Below are positions 26,923-39,520 of a DNA stretch of 64,000 nucleotides, piece by piece. Position 1 is the first letter of the stretch. Every line of letters starts with the position of its first letter. This DNA is from the human T2T-CHM13v2.0 reference genome, Homo sapiens, in NCBI RefSeq assembly GCF_009914755.1, contig NC_060930.1; one strand, 5' to 3'. The notes under the pieces are model-generated. The model was not told the origin of the DNA. It searched no databases and saw nothing but the letters and a program-made list of their open reading frames with translations. A program made the position numbers and the translations under genes.

Positions 26923-28879
26923 TGATTAACTGGAAATCGTTGTGATTGTTGTGCTCTTATGAGCTGGATGTCAAGCGGCTGCTTGAGAGAGGTTCAAAGG
27001 TCCTTTTACTTAGAGGAAGCCAGCAGTTGTAGACAGGGCAAGGGAAGTATTTGAGAGTTCCTGTGCTCTGAAAAGTGCTCAGGTCCAGCCTCCAAGACAA
27101 AGCAGGGGTCACTCCTGCTGTCACGTGCAGGACATCCTCTATGTGAACTCTTGCAAGAGTAACTCTTTAAGCAATAATTCATTCTATACCCCTTCACCTT
27201 GCCAGATTTGAATTGTCAGTAGTAGAAAACACATTGCATTCATGACCCCTAATGGTTATTTTAAAACTTTTGTCACTCCTAGGGCCAAATCTGCAGATTA
27301 CCTGGGACATGTTGTTATTGAAATATTGATAGCTTAGTAAGGCCAATGATAGCTAGGGGAAGATTGGGGAGGAGGGGTGAAGAAATATGTAGGGGAGTCA
27401 GGTATTATCTTCAATGTAGATTCATCAATTGTGAATTATAGGGTGATAATTGCAATAAGCACCTTATAATTTGCTCATCAGTTTGGGTTTGGGGATGATA
27501 TTTATGGTATGTAATAAACAAAATCATCTACACAGTCCAGAACAAGAGGATCTGCAGTTGAATTTGTGGGAAATAATATGAAATACAGTCAGATGGTCCT
27601 AATGGAGGAAGATGCAGAATTTTCTCTAGCATCTAGCTTGTAGGTCTTGTGTTTTAATTCCATTTGTATGGGTGTAATATTATGATGCTCCTGTAGAGAG
27701 TTGGTTTTAGAAGATGGAATATTAAAATATTTAGGCAGCAACCATTAATCATCACAGTTACAGGCCTTATACTTGGCCATTTTTAAGGCAAAGTTGCTTG
27801 GCCTGAACACCCTCCAGAGGCAGGAATCACTGAAATTTCCAGACCACACTTACTAGTGGTTGACTCTTAGCCTGGAAGTTTCACATTTTACCCTTCAGGG
27901 AATTGCTAATATCATAGTCCTCATTTTGGAAAGCAATCAAGGTAACCTTAGCTCAAGACAGGGATTTCAGGGGAGAAGGGAGGAAACTGGAAACCCCACT
28001 AAAATTCCAATATTTGTTTGGCAGTTTTTGGTTTTGTGACTCCTTGTAAGCACCATGCCTGAAGTCTTTTGTTGTTATGATAATAATGATTAAAAGTAAG
28101 TCATCCTCCTTAAAAATAATGTAGCTATGGGGTATTTCAACATATCTGTTTTTCATGTATGGGATCTGTCCTTGAACCCCAAAAGGCTGTGTTTAAAGGG
28201 TAATAATGCTTTACTTGAAAGGGGCTTTCACATAAGCTGAGTAATACCTTAGATACCCCAGTTTTCTGTAGCTGCTGTGTCATCTTTGTGCAGTGAAAAG
28301 TCCTGAAGTAGGAGGATGATGACAGGAACCTCTGAAGGGGAGAAACCTGAAACTTGACTAGCAGGAAAAGTGACAAGGAGAATTATTATTTCATTGCAGA
28401 TAGAAATACTCTTTCCATATACATTTTACATATAGTGTTTAATATATGTGGACATATATACACATGGGCTTGTTTTTATATATTTGTTGGAATACAGTTG
28501 TAGCAAGATGATGGTCACTTTTAAATTTTATTTAAAGCAAGTGTGACAGATGCTTTAAAAAGAAAGAGGAATCTGGCTTAAATGTCCAGCCAAATGTCCA
28601 AATTCAATTATAAGGTGGCTCTTGACAAAAAGATTAGGGTGTAGGAGACCCCGTAGCTATTCAGGGGATGTCTAGCTAGGAGTTGGCTCAGGGAGAGGCA
28701 GGAAAAAGAGACAGGAGCAAAGTTGGTCCCACCAATTTTAATTATAGCTTGAGAATCATTTTTCCTTTAGGCATCTCTCACCTTTGCTTTTGGCTCCAAC
28801 AGCTGGCCTTCTCTGGAAATACTAACAAAGCTGACAAGGGAATGTCTCCGCCCTGGGATATTTAGGGCCTGGGTGCTGA

Positions 28880-29050
<171 letters not shown>

Positions 29051-30349
29051 TGAGTTTATTAGACTCTGGGCCCTCATCTCACTCCCAGCTGGCTAGGCCA
29101 CCCGACTTTGGAGTAGGTGGTGGGGAGGGGCAGAGAAAGAAGCCAGAGGGTTGTCTAGAAGTAGCATTTGCAGCCTCTGGCAAGCAAGGTAGGCAGAGTT
29201 GATGGGCTACAGGTTTGTCTCAGGTGTCCTCTCTGGGGAAAATGGCTTTGTTAATCCGAATCCAGCCTTCTTACAATTCTCTTCTATCACTCTGGGGATG
29301 TCAGGCAGATCTTTTCTGAGGGAGTTCTTGTTCCAGCTCTTCCCTGGATCCGAAGGTGCATATTTCTGCTTGGGTTTCACATCTATCTCTCTGTCGTAGC
29401 CACATAGCCATGTGTGCTCGCTCAGGGAGTCTATAAAACCCACGTGTACCCATCTCTACCCACAGCTCTAATTACTCCGTTTCCAACGTTGCTGTTTGTC
29501 ATCTTCCACAGACTTGTAAAATTTACTACAACTCCAGAGGGGAAAATAGTAAATCTCTGGCTAAATTTAGGTCTAGAGCTCATTTGAACTTTTACAGTGG
29601 GTTTTCTATTTATTTGATTTACTCCTGTCTTTGGCTTCGGTGTCATATTGTTGGTGTTTTATGGCCGGCTCAGGCCTGCAGTGGGCGGCGCTGCGTGCGC
29701 CCGCACGTTTCTCTTGCAGGCGCGGCCCAAACAGCCGCGCTCATTTATTTAGTGTTGGAGGACGCGGTTTGTCCCGTTGACAGCGTAATTTAAAGAAATA
29801 TATGGAAGGCTGAAAAATCATTTGCTCAAATTTGTCCAGATGTTTTTGAGACGTGATTGGAATTTGATTGCCCCTTTCCGCAGGGTCAAAAAATATTAAT
29901 GTCCCAGAACTTTAATTGCTTACAGACCCTGGTTTGGGCTTTGAAGATTTAAAATGTTTGACTCTAAGCATTTGTTCTCCCCAGTTCAGAATGTCTTTTT
30001 TGGCACTTTGGTAATGAGTACAAACTTAAGGAAAGACTTTACCCATCTCTCCCAATGATCAAAACCTGGCATCCACCCTCTTTCTTGAAGGTTTTCATCT
30101 GCTGTATCAACCAGCAGTAAAATAGATATTTGTCAGTAGATTGCCCTCCTGCCCCTTGCGCTGGTGTCTGGTGAGGCACGGGGTGTGTGTGTGGGGGGGA
30201 TCAGTTGTGCTTTATAAAAGAGGAAGGGTACTTTAGGGAAAAAAATAAAACCAAACTGTATAAATCAGATAGGACCCACAAATGACTCTCATTTCTCTAA
30301 GGTATGCATCTAACTACCCACTGTCCAAGCACTGTGGCTTCTCTTAGGC

Positions 30350-30520
30350 CAGCACTTCTGAACCTAGGGTATCAGAATCAGCTGGTGAGCTTTTTCAAGA
30401 TATTTCTGTATGGGGCTATCCTCAAATCTTCTAAATTGGAATTACTGGAGGTGGGGGCCTGGGAGTGTGTGTTTGAACCCCACAGGTGTTTCTAAGGTGT
30501 ACCTCTTAAGAGCTTAAAAA
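30350..30520. mobile_element. MER5-type hAT-Charlie DNA transposon remnant
   Basis: cagcacttctgaac...tcagaatcagctggtgagc...ggggcctggga...caggtgtttcta. Confidence 0.55.
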
Positions 30521-31814
30521 CTGCCCCACTTTGGTCAGAACCCTTATCTATTTCTTCCTGGTTGTGAGGATGTATGTGTGTACTTCAAAGGGAGAATCGA
30601 GGGTGCCTGTTAGTGTTCTCTATCCACCCATCTTAAAACCAGCAACAGTTTAGCTTCTGTGACTGGGTGGTATTCCTCATCAGATTTAGCCACTATCCCA
30701 AAGTGGCAGCACCCTAGGAAAGGATGCCCCAGGATTCTTTGAGTCCAATCACCTGCCCCGTTTACCTGTTGGCTAGGCCAGGTGTGGCCAGGTATCTGTG
30801 AGTCGGGCCAACCCATTGTGGGTCTAGGACTGGAGTGCTGTAGGTTTATTTTTTTCCTAAACCCCACAGACCCATAGGCTGGGTACAGGCAGGTGGACAT
30901 GAGAAATCTGCCCATCTGTGAAAAGCTGTGGCCTTTGGGATGCTGTGTGTCTGCCTGCCAGCCATTTGACCTTCAGGGCTAGAACCATCCCATCCAGCTC
31001 CTATATTAAAATTTCTCAAATAAGCTCAATCCATAGGTAGGCACGCAGGATTTCTAAGGCTGGGAGATTCCTCTAAATTGTAGGTGGCTTGAGGAAATAA
31101 AAACCTTCAACAAATAAAAATCTATCCTCCCTAGTGTCTTAACAGCCTACCTTTAGGTTTTATTTAAACTATATGGGAATCCTTTTATATTGACAACAGT
31201 CTGGTTATACAAAGATTTTCAGTGCCCTACACTTGGAAGAAAGAAAGGAGGGAAAGGCAGAAACTAGCTCCCTCCCCCAATACTGCAGGTAAACAGGTTT
31301 TTGCTTTGAATGGAATCAGCATTCTCTAGAATAAACAGTTTCTTGCCCTGGGCCATGGAAGGCTCCAGCAATCTGCTTCAGTGCCAGGGACAGGCTTGTG
31401 GCCGAGGGGCCTAAATCTTTCAGGGCTTTTTGCGCCTGATCACCAAGAGGTTGGAGAGGTGGGAGGGGCGCGGGGGAAACAGCTCAAAAGAAATGCCAGG
31501 TAAGAGCTCAATATTATGAAGTATTAAAAATCAACCGCTAAAGCCTAGCGAATGTCCCAAAGCGAGTCCAGGCGGTCCTGGAATGGAGGGGAGAAAGGCT
31601 GAAGTCGGGGGAAGGCAAGGCTTTGGGGTGGAAGGGGTGCATTACCTCCCCACCCCCGCTTTCCTTTCAGTCCCAGCTGCTCGAGAAGGGAGGGCGCTGG
31701 GAAAGGAAACAGAGCGGAATCGCCCACATTAGCCTCGCTCTTCGGTGACCCGGCGCCTCTGGGCTTGTGTGAGCGTCTCCTTTCTAATGCCAATGACAAC
31801 GACACTGAGGGTGA

Positions 31815-32144
<330 letters not shown>

Positions 32145-32424
32145 AAAATTTTTAAAAAAAGAAGGAAAAATGTTTTAAATACAAAAGGAAAAACAGACAA
32201 AAATTTAATTTTAGCTTTAAAATATTGGATTGGCTTTGGAAGAATTATATTAGGTAGAATACACATACAATCAAAATTTAAAAAAAAAAAGCTAAATAAC
32301 TTAAAAAAAAACTGAGGCGTACAACGGAGCAACAATATCGGTTCTCAGTGTCTATTTCAAGATACATTTGGAGACAACCGTCCGGATTTTCCACTTCGGT
32401 TCTTTCGAGTTTAGTAATACTGAT

Positions 32425-32467
32425 AATAAAAGAAAACCATGATTTCCCCTTCCCTTTGGAAAATAAA
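32425..32467 (+). terminator. Candidate proximal poly(A) signals
   Basis: AATAAA at 32425-32430 and 32462-32467. Confidence 0.45.
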
Positions 32468-34349
32468 CATAAGACTAAACATGAGAAAAACGCTAACTTA
32501 TTGGAAGAAAATCGGAGAAACGTTGGTGTCAATGCTTTGAGAGCTGGTTGACTGAGACGCACGAACTTTTTAATTTTAAATATATTTTTAGGAAACTCTC
32601 GCAGTCCCCGCCCTCCATCTCACCTCACCCGTCTCCCAACCACCCTTTTCCATGTTACCCTCCCTTCCTCACATTGTTACGGGAATCTTCTGGGATGAAA
32701 ATGAGTGTGGTTGGCCCTTTTGCGTTGTTTCAGTCCTCTCGGTACCTCCCCGCCCAGCCCTGCGATCTTAACTCACCGGGCCCGGCTCCCCGGCCGCTTG
32801 CATAATTAGGGAGGGCGAGGGCGGGGCGGGAGGCCTGTGGAGACCAGGCGGAGGCTGCAATTTTTGGTGCCGGCCGGCAGAGCAGGTTCTGGCGGCTGAG
32901 GAAAATCCGGACCAATAAGTTGATTCAAACATCATCAGTTCCTTTCAGAAATGTTACTAGCTCCCAGCCTTGCCAGCATCTGCATAGAGAGAATCTCACA
33001 TTTATTATATTTGTGTCATCTACTAATTTTATGAACTATAGTAAAAAAAAAAAAACACACACACACAATATGAATACGTTGATTAGTATGTAATTCCTTC
33101 GGAGGGGTATGTACCATTTCATTCTCTTCTGTTTTCCAAAGCTTTGCCCGCATGGTTTATGAGCTTCTTCAAAGAGGACTTGGGCTTCCTACACAATCTA
33201 TAAGGTACAGAGAAAAAAAAATCCGATCCCTTTTTAATCAAAGCCTGTGTGTCAGAATTCTGCAGGTGCACTTCTTTAAAGAAGCTCAAAGGGAATAATT
33301 TAGAAAGTGGCCAATATGATGGAAGCAGCTTTGAATCTACATGCTAACATTCCTCAACACTCCAATTCCGGTGGAGGTGGCAGGGGAGGGGGTCTGCAAA
33401 ATGAATTTTAAGGGAAAAGAGTAAGGATTCTTAGAGCCCTATATTCTAATAGTATTGCCCTGCATTTAAAATTGATTTGATTTCCCTGGGTTCTTTGGTG
33501 ATTGCTGTTTAAGCAAGGAAAGAAGCAGCTTTACGAGTGGACGTGGGGAGGAGGGCGGCACAAGCACCCACATTTCTGTAACAATTGCTTTCTTACAAGA
33601 TGCTTTATGAATGAGGCATTTTTCCCTCCCAGACGTGCACTTGTTTTGGCATATAATGGCAAAATAATGCAAAGTGAAGGGAGATGTATTTCAGCTTTGA
33701 TTTTTACCGTCTGGATACATCGGGACTATTCCCAGTGGATAAAGTTTCATGCATTTAATATTTCTCACTTCTGGCAGCCCAGCTCCTTTCTTGGGCTCCA
33801 TCTTAGCATTATCATGAAATAAGATCTGGAATCCATTGTCTGCACCTCCGCAAAAGCAGTGAGAAATTATCCCGGGATAAGGGTGAATGAGAGAGGTCTC
33901 TAAATATAGTGTTGATACACTCACCTATTTAACAAAGTAGACAAGATCTTTGCAATACCCCTTAAAGATAACGACATAGATGTTGTTCTGCAGGATTTAT
34001 AGTTAGGACCCACTCAATTCTCCAGGACTCCCGGTTTTGCCCCCCTCCCGCTTTGCCTTGGTGGGGGTGGGGATTGGGGGAGTGGGGATTGCGTTGGGGT
34101 TTTAGGAATCTGCTGAGAGCTTTGCCCATTTTTATTAAAAGAGGAAAGGGAAGTTAGGAAGCTCGTCTCAGGTCACCAAAAGGGCCCAAGCAACTGTTAG
34201 GGCCACACTGCAGCCCATCTCCAACCCCTAGCTTCGTTTAGCACTTCTGATCTTCATGGCCCAGCCCTAGAACTGTTGAGAGGAATGCAATGGCCAAGAG
34301 CTAGACGTTACGGAGAGTGTAGTCACTCTCTTTTCCCAGCTCAGAGGCC

Positions 34350-34760
34350 TGCGCCTTCGTCCGAGAGCCCGGCCGATCGCATTAGATGTGTTCTGATTGC
34401 ACAAGGCCAGGAGAGACCACACTGAAAACGATCGTCTCCTTTCCTTGCAGGGCAACGCGCCCCACGCGTGTGACGTGCGAGAGACGCGATGGACGCGCCT
34501 TGCTCTTACTGTGCAGGTCCTGAGAGCGTGTGGGCCACAGGCGCCCAGTCGTGTTGAGGACATAGAATCAGCCGCTGGAGGGGCTGCCGACTGCGCGGGC
34601 CCTTCCCGCTCTCGGTCTCACCCTAAGGGCTAAGGCGACCGAGAAAGCCCCATTCTCCAGTAGGTAATGGGGCGGCGCCCGGTGGGCTGCAGGTGGGGAG
34701 GGCTCCCAGCGCCGCCAGCGGCCACCCGGGGCGCCGGCTCCTGGAGGGAGAGTGGCCTAG
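34350..34760. promoter_or_regulatory. CpG island within the 3' UTR
   Basis: Dense CpG, GC-rich. Confidence 0.75.
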
Positions 34761-36339
34761 AAATATCCAAGGAATCCGAAGCTTCCCCTCCTCCACCTCT
34801 GCCAGTACGGAAACACCCCACCGTCACAATCCTAAAGCGGGGAGATGGGATGGGAATTGTCTTACTTGGCAAGGCAGGGTACCTTCATTGCCAGACGCCC
34901 TCATTTGTGTGTTCCTCCTTGCTCCAGCGAGATAGAACCTTTTGCGCCCCCAACCCCGTTTCGTGGAGTGAGCCCACTACCCCTTCTCCCTCCCTCACTT
35001 CTCCTTTCATGTAGGACCCCCGCCCCCTTGCTTTCCTTAGCCAGGCCCGCTACATTTATCTGATAATTGAGTTATTAAAAGATTTGGTTTCCTTGGGCCT
35101 ATAAATCAATAAACAGTAGGATTAACGCAATAGTTTGCCTTTTAAGTCAAGGGAGACGTTTAAGGCAAGCCCCTTTGAGCTTTGTTTTCAAACCAAACAG
35201 GTGAGTTGCAGCTCTCCCCCCGGCCCCTGCACTCTTCAGACATTTGGTCCCTGCCCACTCCTAAACGCTCAGTCCCAAAACAAAATAGCGAAAGACAGGA
35301 GGAGTCAGGATGTGGCAGTGCTGCCTTCACACTTTCCACTTCGCAAGTTCTTTTAAAGGTTCCAAAGATCTCCAGACCATTCTCTGCCAAACCCTGCCGC
35401 CTCCTGCACGTATTGCAGGTCTCTGGGGAGCAAGAAATGTCCTGTTTGGGTGAGGATTCCGTCACCTAAAAAGATCTTTAACTTCTCCCCCAAAGTGGGA
35501 AGGTAACTTTCTCCCCCTTTTCCCCACCACCTTCACTCCTACACCCCCAATTACCTTGCATTTTCTTTCCTTCCTTCTGGCCTCCACACCCATAGCTTTC
35601 CTCCATCCCCACTTAAAGAACCGAAGAGGCTTTTAAAGACCTGGCTGCTTTGTTTTCCTTGGCCAAGGAAGCCACTTTCTCTCAAGCAATTATTTCATAT
35701 CCTACGAAAACTTTGGTCGAATGGAAAACTCGAAACCTCGAGCTTATCTACACACTGTTCCTCTGCTACAATGCTTTCCTAGTTAAGAGTGTTTATAGAG
35801 AATTTGTCATCACATCTGATATCCTGTACTTGTAATACATTATGTGGAAAGGAAATAACCTTAAACCGTCTGATGTTGCCTCAAGAGCCCAAACGGCGTT
35901 TCCCCACCTTTGACGATGTATGTGAAATTACTGGCTTAAAAAAAAAAGTATCAATTTTTTTTTAACGGAATGAACACTATCCTTCTTTAAATGCCAAAAT
36001 CGACTCCACCTTTGAGTTGGTCTCTAATTCTCTAACATTGTTTTTGCCACACAATCAAGAAATATCAATCTATTGACTCTTCACGAGAAGAGCTCTGGAG
36101 GGTATTCATGTTAAGTTTGTATATATTTATTTATGCTTAATTTAATGGGAATGTGTAAATATGGCGAGCAAGTAGTTTGGGATTATTTATCTGTGAATCT
36201 ATACCTCTGTGAATGGGTGGTTAAAAAACCTCTTGACCCTAGATAGAATCCTATCTGAATTTTTCTGTTCTTTATAAACAAGCTGTTATGGTAATGGGTA
36301 GAAATTGGTTTATTGTCCAGTGTTAATCTGATTTACATA

Positions 36340-36345
36340 AATAAA
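36340..36345 (+). terminator. Distal poly(A) signal
   Basis: AATAAA followed by ttgttgtgttttcatcttca. Confidence 0.7.
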
Positions 36346-37558
36346 AAGATTGTTGTGTTTTCATCTTCAGTTTCTTAAATGTGGACAATGTTTTTAATTC
36401 TACCGACAGAGGAAAAGTGTAAGAAGCTTTTTACTTTTTGTCCTCCCCCATCGAAGCACCCACAGCGTTTTCATTACAACAGAAATATAATAAATTTTGC
36501 TTCTCAGAAAAATGAACTTTTTTTCACTAGGAGAAGTGTTTTTGATTTTTTTAAATTCCAAATTTACATTCTTCTCTCCTATTTCTAACCAGATTTGCAA
36601 TAAAAGCTAATGTTAACTGAATCTTTTGGTTTCTTCTGCCCTTTACAAATCGAGGAGTCAAATTTACTTCCCAGGTAACTAGAGGACTCTGGGTTGCTGT
36701 CAGAGATGATGCTCCCTTCCCACTGCTCGTGGGTTGGCATTCTGGCATAGTGTTCTAAGAAGGAGATGGTGCACGGTGCAGGAGAAGTCTTCAGGGCTGG
36801 GTGTGGGCTCCTGCACCCCTCAACTTGGGATATGAAGGAGTTAACCCCCATTTCAGAATTGAACCCGACCCTGACCTCATTAGCAGTGCAAGGCCCTCCA
36901 TAAACAATGGAGGAAAAAGCTCCCTCAACTGAGAAGAGGAAAAAAGTGTACATGTCTTAGGAAGTTGGGGGGCTCCTACCCTAGGCTCAGAGGCTGCCTA
37001 GAGAAGCCAGAGCTTTTCACACCTGGGTTAATAGGCTTCAGCTGGGCCCTAATGGGCTGCAGTGATCAAACATCGTCTCAATCTGTATTTTATTCCAAGG
37101 CTTAGGTGTCTTCCTTGAGGCCAGGAAAGCAAAATCACCCACGATGTTAAACAGTTTGGATGAGTCACTGCTCCTTTTTGCGCCTCAAGGTCTTTATCTG
37201 TAAAAATAAATATGGACCTCCTAAGGTCCTTTACTTCATCAATATTGCCTATAGTTTAATTATAAAAAGCAGAAACAGCAACCTGTATATGAGTTTAAGG
37301 AGAATTGGAAACTTTAAATCATGATGATCCCAGATTTATATATCAGTGCTTAGCATATAGTTTGTTTTCAGTTAATAATATGCCTCCCATACCAATTTTC
37401 TGTTTTTAAACGTGAATCTTTTTCAATTGGACTTCCTTATAGGGAAAGGCAGAAGGAACAATGGAATCTGCTTTATGTGAGATTTCCCCCTTCCTGTCCT
37501 ATTAATTAAAAGCGGGAAGATCATGGCTAGAACTATAAATAGTGGAATCAAAGAAAAG

Positions 37559-37602
37559 CAAAACAAACAAACAAACAAACAAACAAAACAAAAAACAAAA
37601 AA
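37559..37602 (+). repeat. (AAAC)n simple repeat
   Basis: Seen directly. Confidence 0.85.
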
Positions 37603-38059
37603 TGGGGGGGGGGAATAAAAGGAAACAAGGAAGCAGAGAAAACCAAGGGATGTGTGCTTATGAGGACATACATTTATCTAGAAAAAAATAGATATGTCTT
37701 ATTCTCTGGTTCAATTGTTACACTGAGTGTTCCTTTCATTTGCTTTACAGAGGATGGGAGTTGGTTACCACTGGGATTATACAAAGCAGGTGGTGGGTAA
37801 TTTCCATATCGTATGGCAATTTTTCCTGCTCAAGGTTAGCACGAGCCCTTGATAAACCGACCTGCAATCTATTATCCCACAGGTAAGCTCCAGGCTACTC
37901 CTACCCACCACCGCCACTTGGCAAAAAGAGGGTCTGAAACAATCACCTTTAGTAAGTAAAACCCAAGATTTTGAGGAGCCTGAAAATAACTGAAGGAAAG
38001 ACCTGGCAAGAATAACCAAAAAGGGAAAGAAAAGGGGTTGGAAGCTGGAGACAGCCTTG

Positions 38060-39520
38060 ACTAAGACAGCCCTGGGCTGCGTGTCACAGCTCCCCGGCCC
38101 CTTTGTTACAGTGTTAGGAGGCTGTAGAGGGAGTAAGGAAAGAGCAGTAGCTAGAACCTCTAGGTCGTTGACCGGCCCAGCGCAGGGACCCTGAGACCGC
38201 CAGATCCGGTGGGCGGCTTACAGTGGCCCAGAACGCACCCGCCGGCTCGTGTTAGCGGGTTAAGGGCTTGATTAAAAATAGTGCTGGAAGGAAGACCCGA
38301 TTATTTTTTTATGAAGCCACATTCCTTTTCTTCATTTGCAAATAACAGTTCCGTAGGGTCCCTTCCCAGGGACCCTGGGCGCCGAAGTTAGGGGCCACCT
38401 GAGAGTTGTTGGCCCGGTGGGAAGTGTCCCTTCCTGAGGGCGCTCTCGGCTTCTCAGGGCAAGCTGCCTTCCACGCTTGGACTTTGAGGGCGGTTGTCTG
38501 TCATGTTGAAGCCTCAGAAATTAAACGTGCAGCTCACAAGTCCATTAATTTGAGCTTCCCATTAATCTATTTATAAGTGAGCCAGCGCTTGCTCTATAAA
38601 TACAGTCCTATAAAATTGAACTCCTTCCCATAAATCTTCCAAGCTGTTTATTTACATGTATTCCCTGGCTCTCTAACGATCCTGGTGTAAACTTGGGGAA
38701 GACTCGGGCAGACCCGACCCACGACGGGGTGGGGTGTGGGGCGGGGGGGCGCGCTCTCCTCCCGTTCCTCTCCGCCGGGATCGCGGTATCCTAGGGGAGG
38801 GAGGAACTGCGCGCGGTCGGAGGGAGTGGATAAAAAAGACAGGGCGAAAACTCATTTTTCCTTCTTGACTTTGTTTCCTTGTTTCTATCCTAAACTCGCA
38901 GTCTCCATATTTCCCATCACACGCTCCACGGTGATTTATATAGTCATAAACAGCATTCTTGCGACTGTAGCTCCTCTCATAGCTTGAGGTGAGCTCCTTT
39001 TTCACTTTCCTGGCAGCCACTACTTTAAATCAGGCCTCATAAATAACCCCATGGGCTTACTCAGGATGAGGTCAGTCAAACATCTCCCCGGGTCTACTTT
39101 CCCGGCTTGGGTCCCGCCATGCCCCTCCCCTGGGTCACATGCCGGCGCACTCCCACTGTCTTTCCTTCAGGTTTCCAGAGCTCAATCACCGACACCAGTT
39201 GGGAGACTGGGTAATAACACACGCTCCGGGCACAGGGACCGCGGGCCAACGAACCGCGCGTGCGCCGCGCCAGCCTGCGCCGAGCCGTCGCACACGGCTC
39301 CGGGAGCCCGCGTCTAGGCACGCTCTCCAGGTTGCCAAGCAGGGTGTCAACAAGTGCGCACGCGCGGACGCCCACGCAGGCGCACGCGCCGTGGCGCCCC
39401 CGGGCGTAACCCCAGCTGCTGTGACGGGCCAGGGCTCGCAGCTCGCCTGCTAGAGTTTGTGGCGCGCCCTCGGGATCAGGGCACTGGGGTTTGAAGGGGC
39501 TGCAGCGTGGGAAGCCTTCA
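38060..39520. promoter_or_regulatory. Downstream orphan CpG island cluster
   Basis: CpG-dense blocks at ~38060-38460, 38690-38830 and 39080-39500 with no credible CDS. Confidence 0.8.

Larger units (their letters stand above)
32145..36365 (+). other. TFAP2B: TFAP2B long 3' UTR (about 4.2 kb; end inferred)
   Basis: Follows the stop codon; AATAAA at 36340 preceded by an AU-rich block and followed by U-rich sequence. Confidence 0.7.

Noticed and set aside
34267-35469. ORFs within the 3' UTR
   Set aside because: GC-rich patches with no recognisable protein features.
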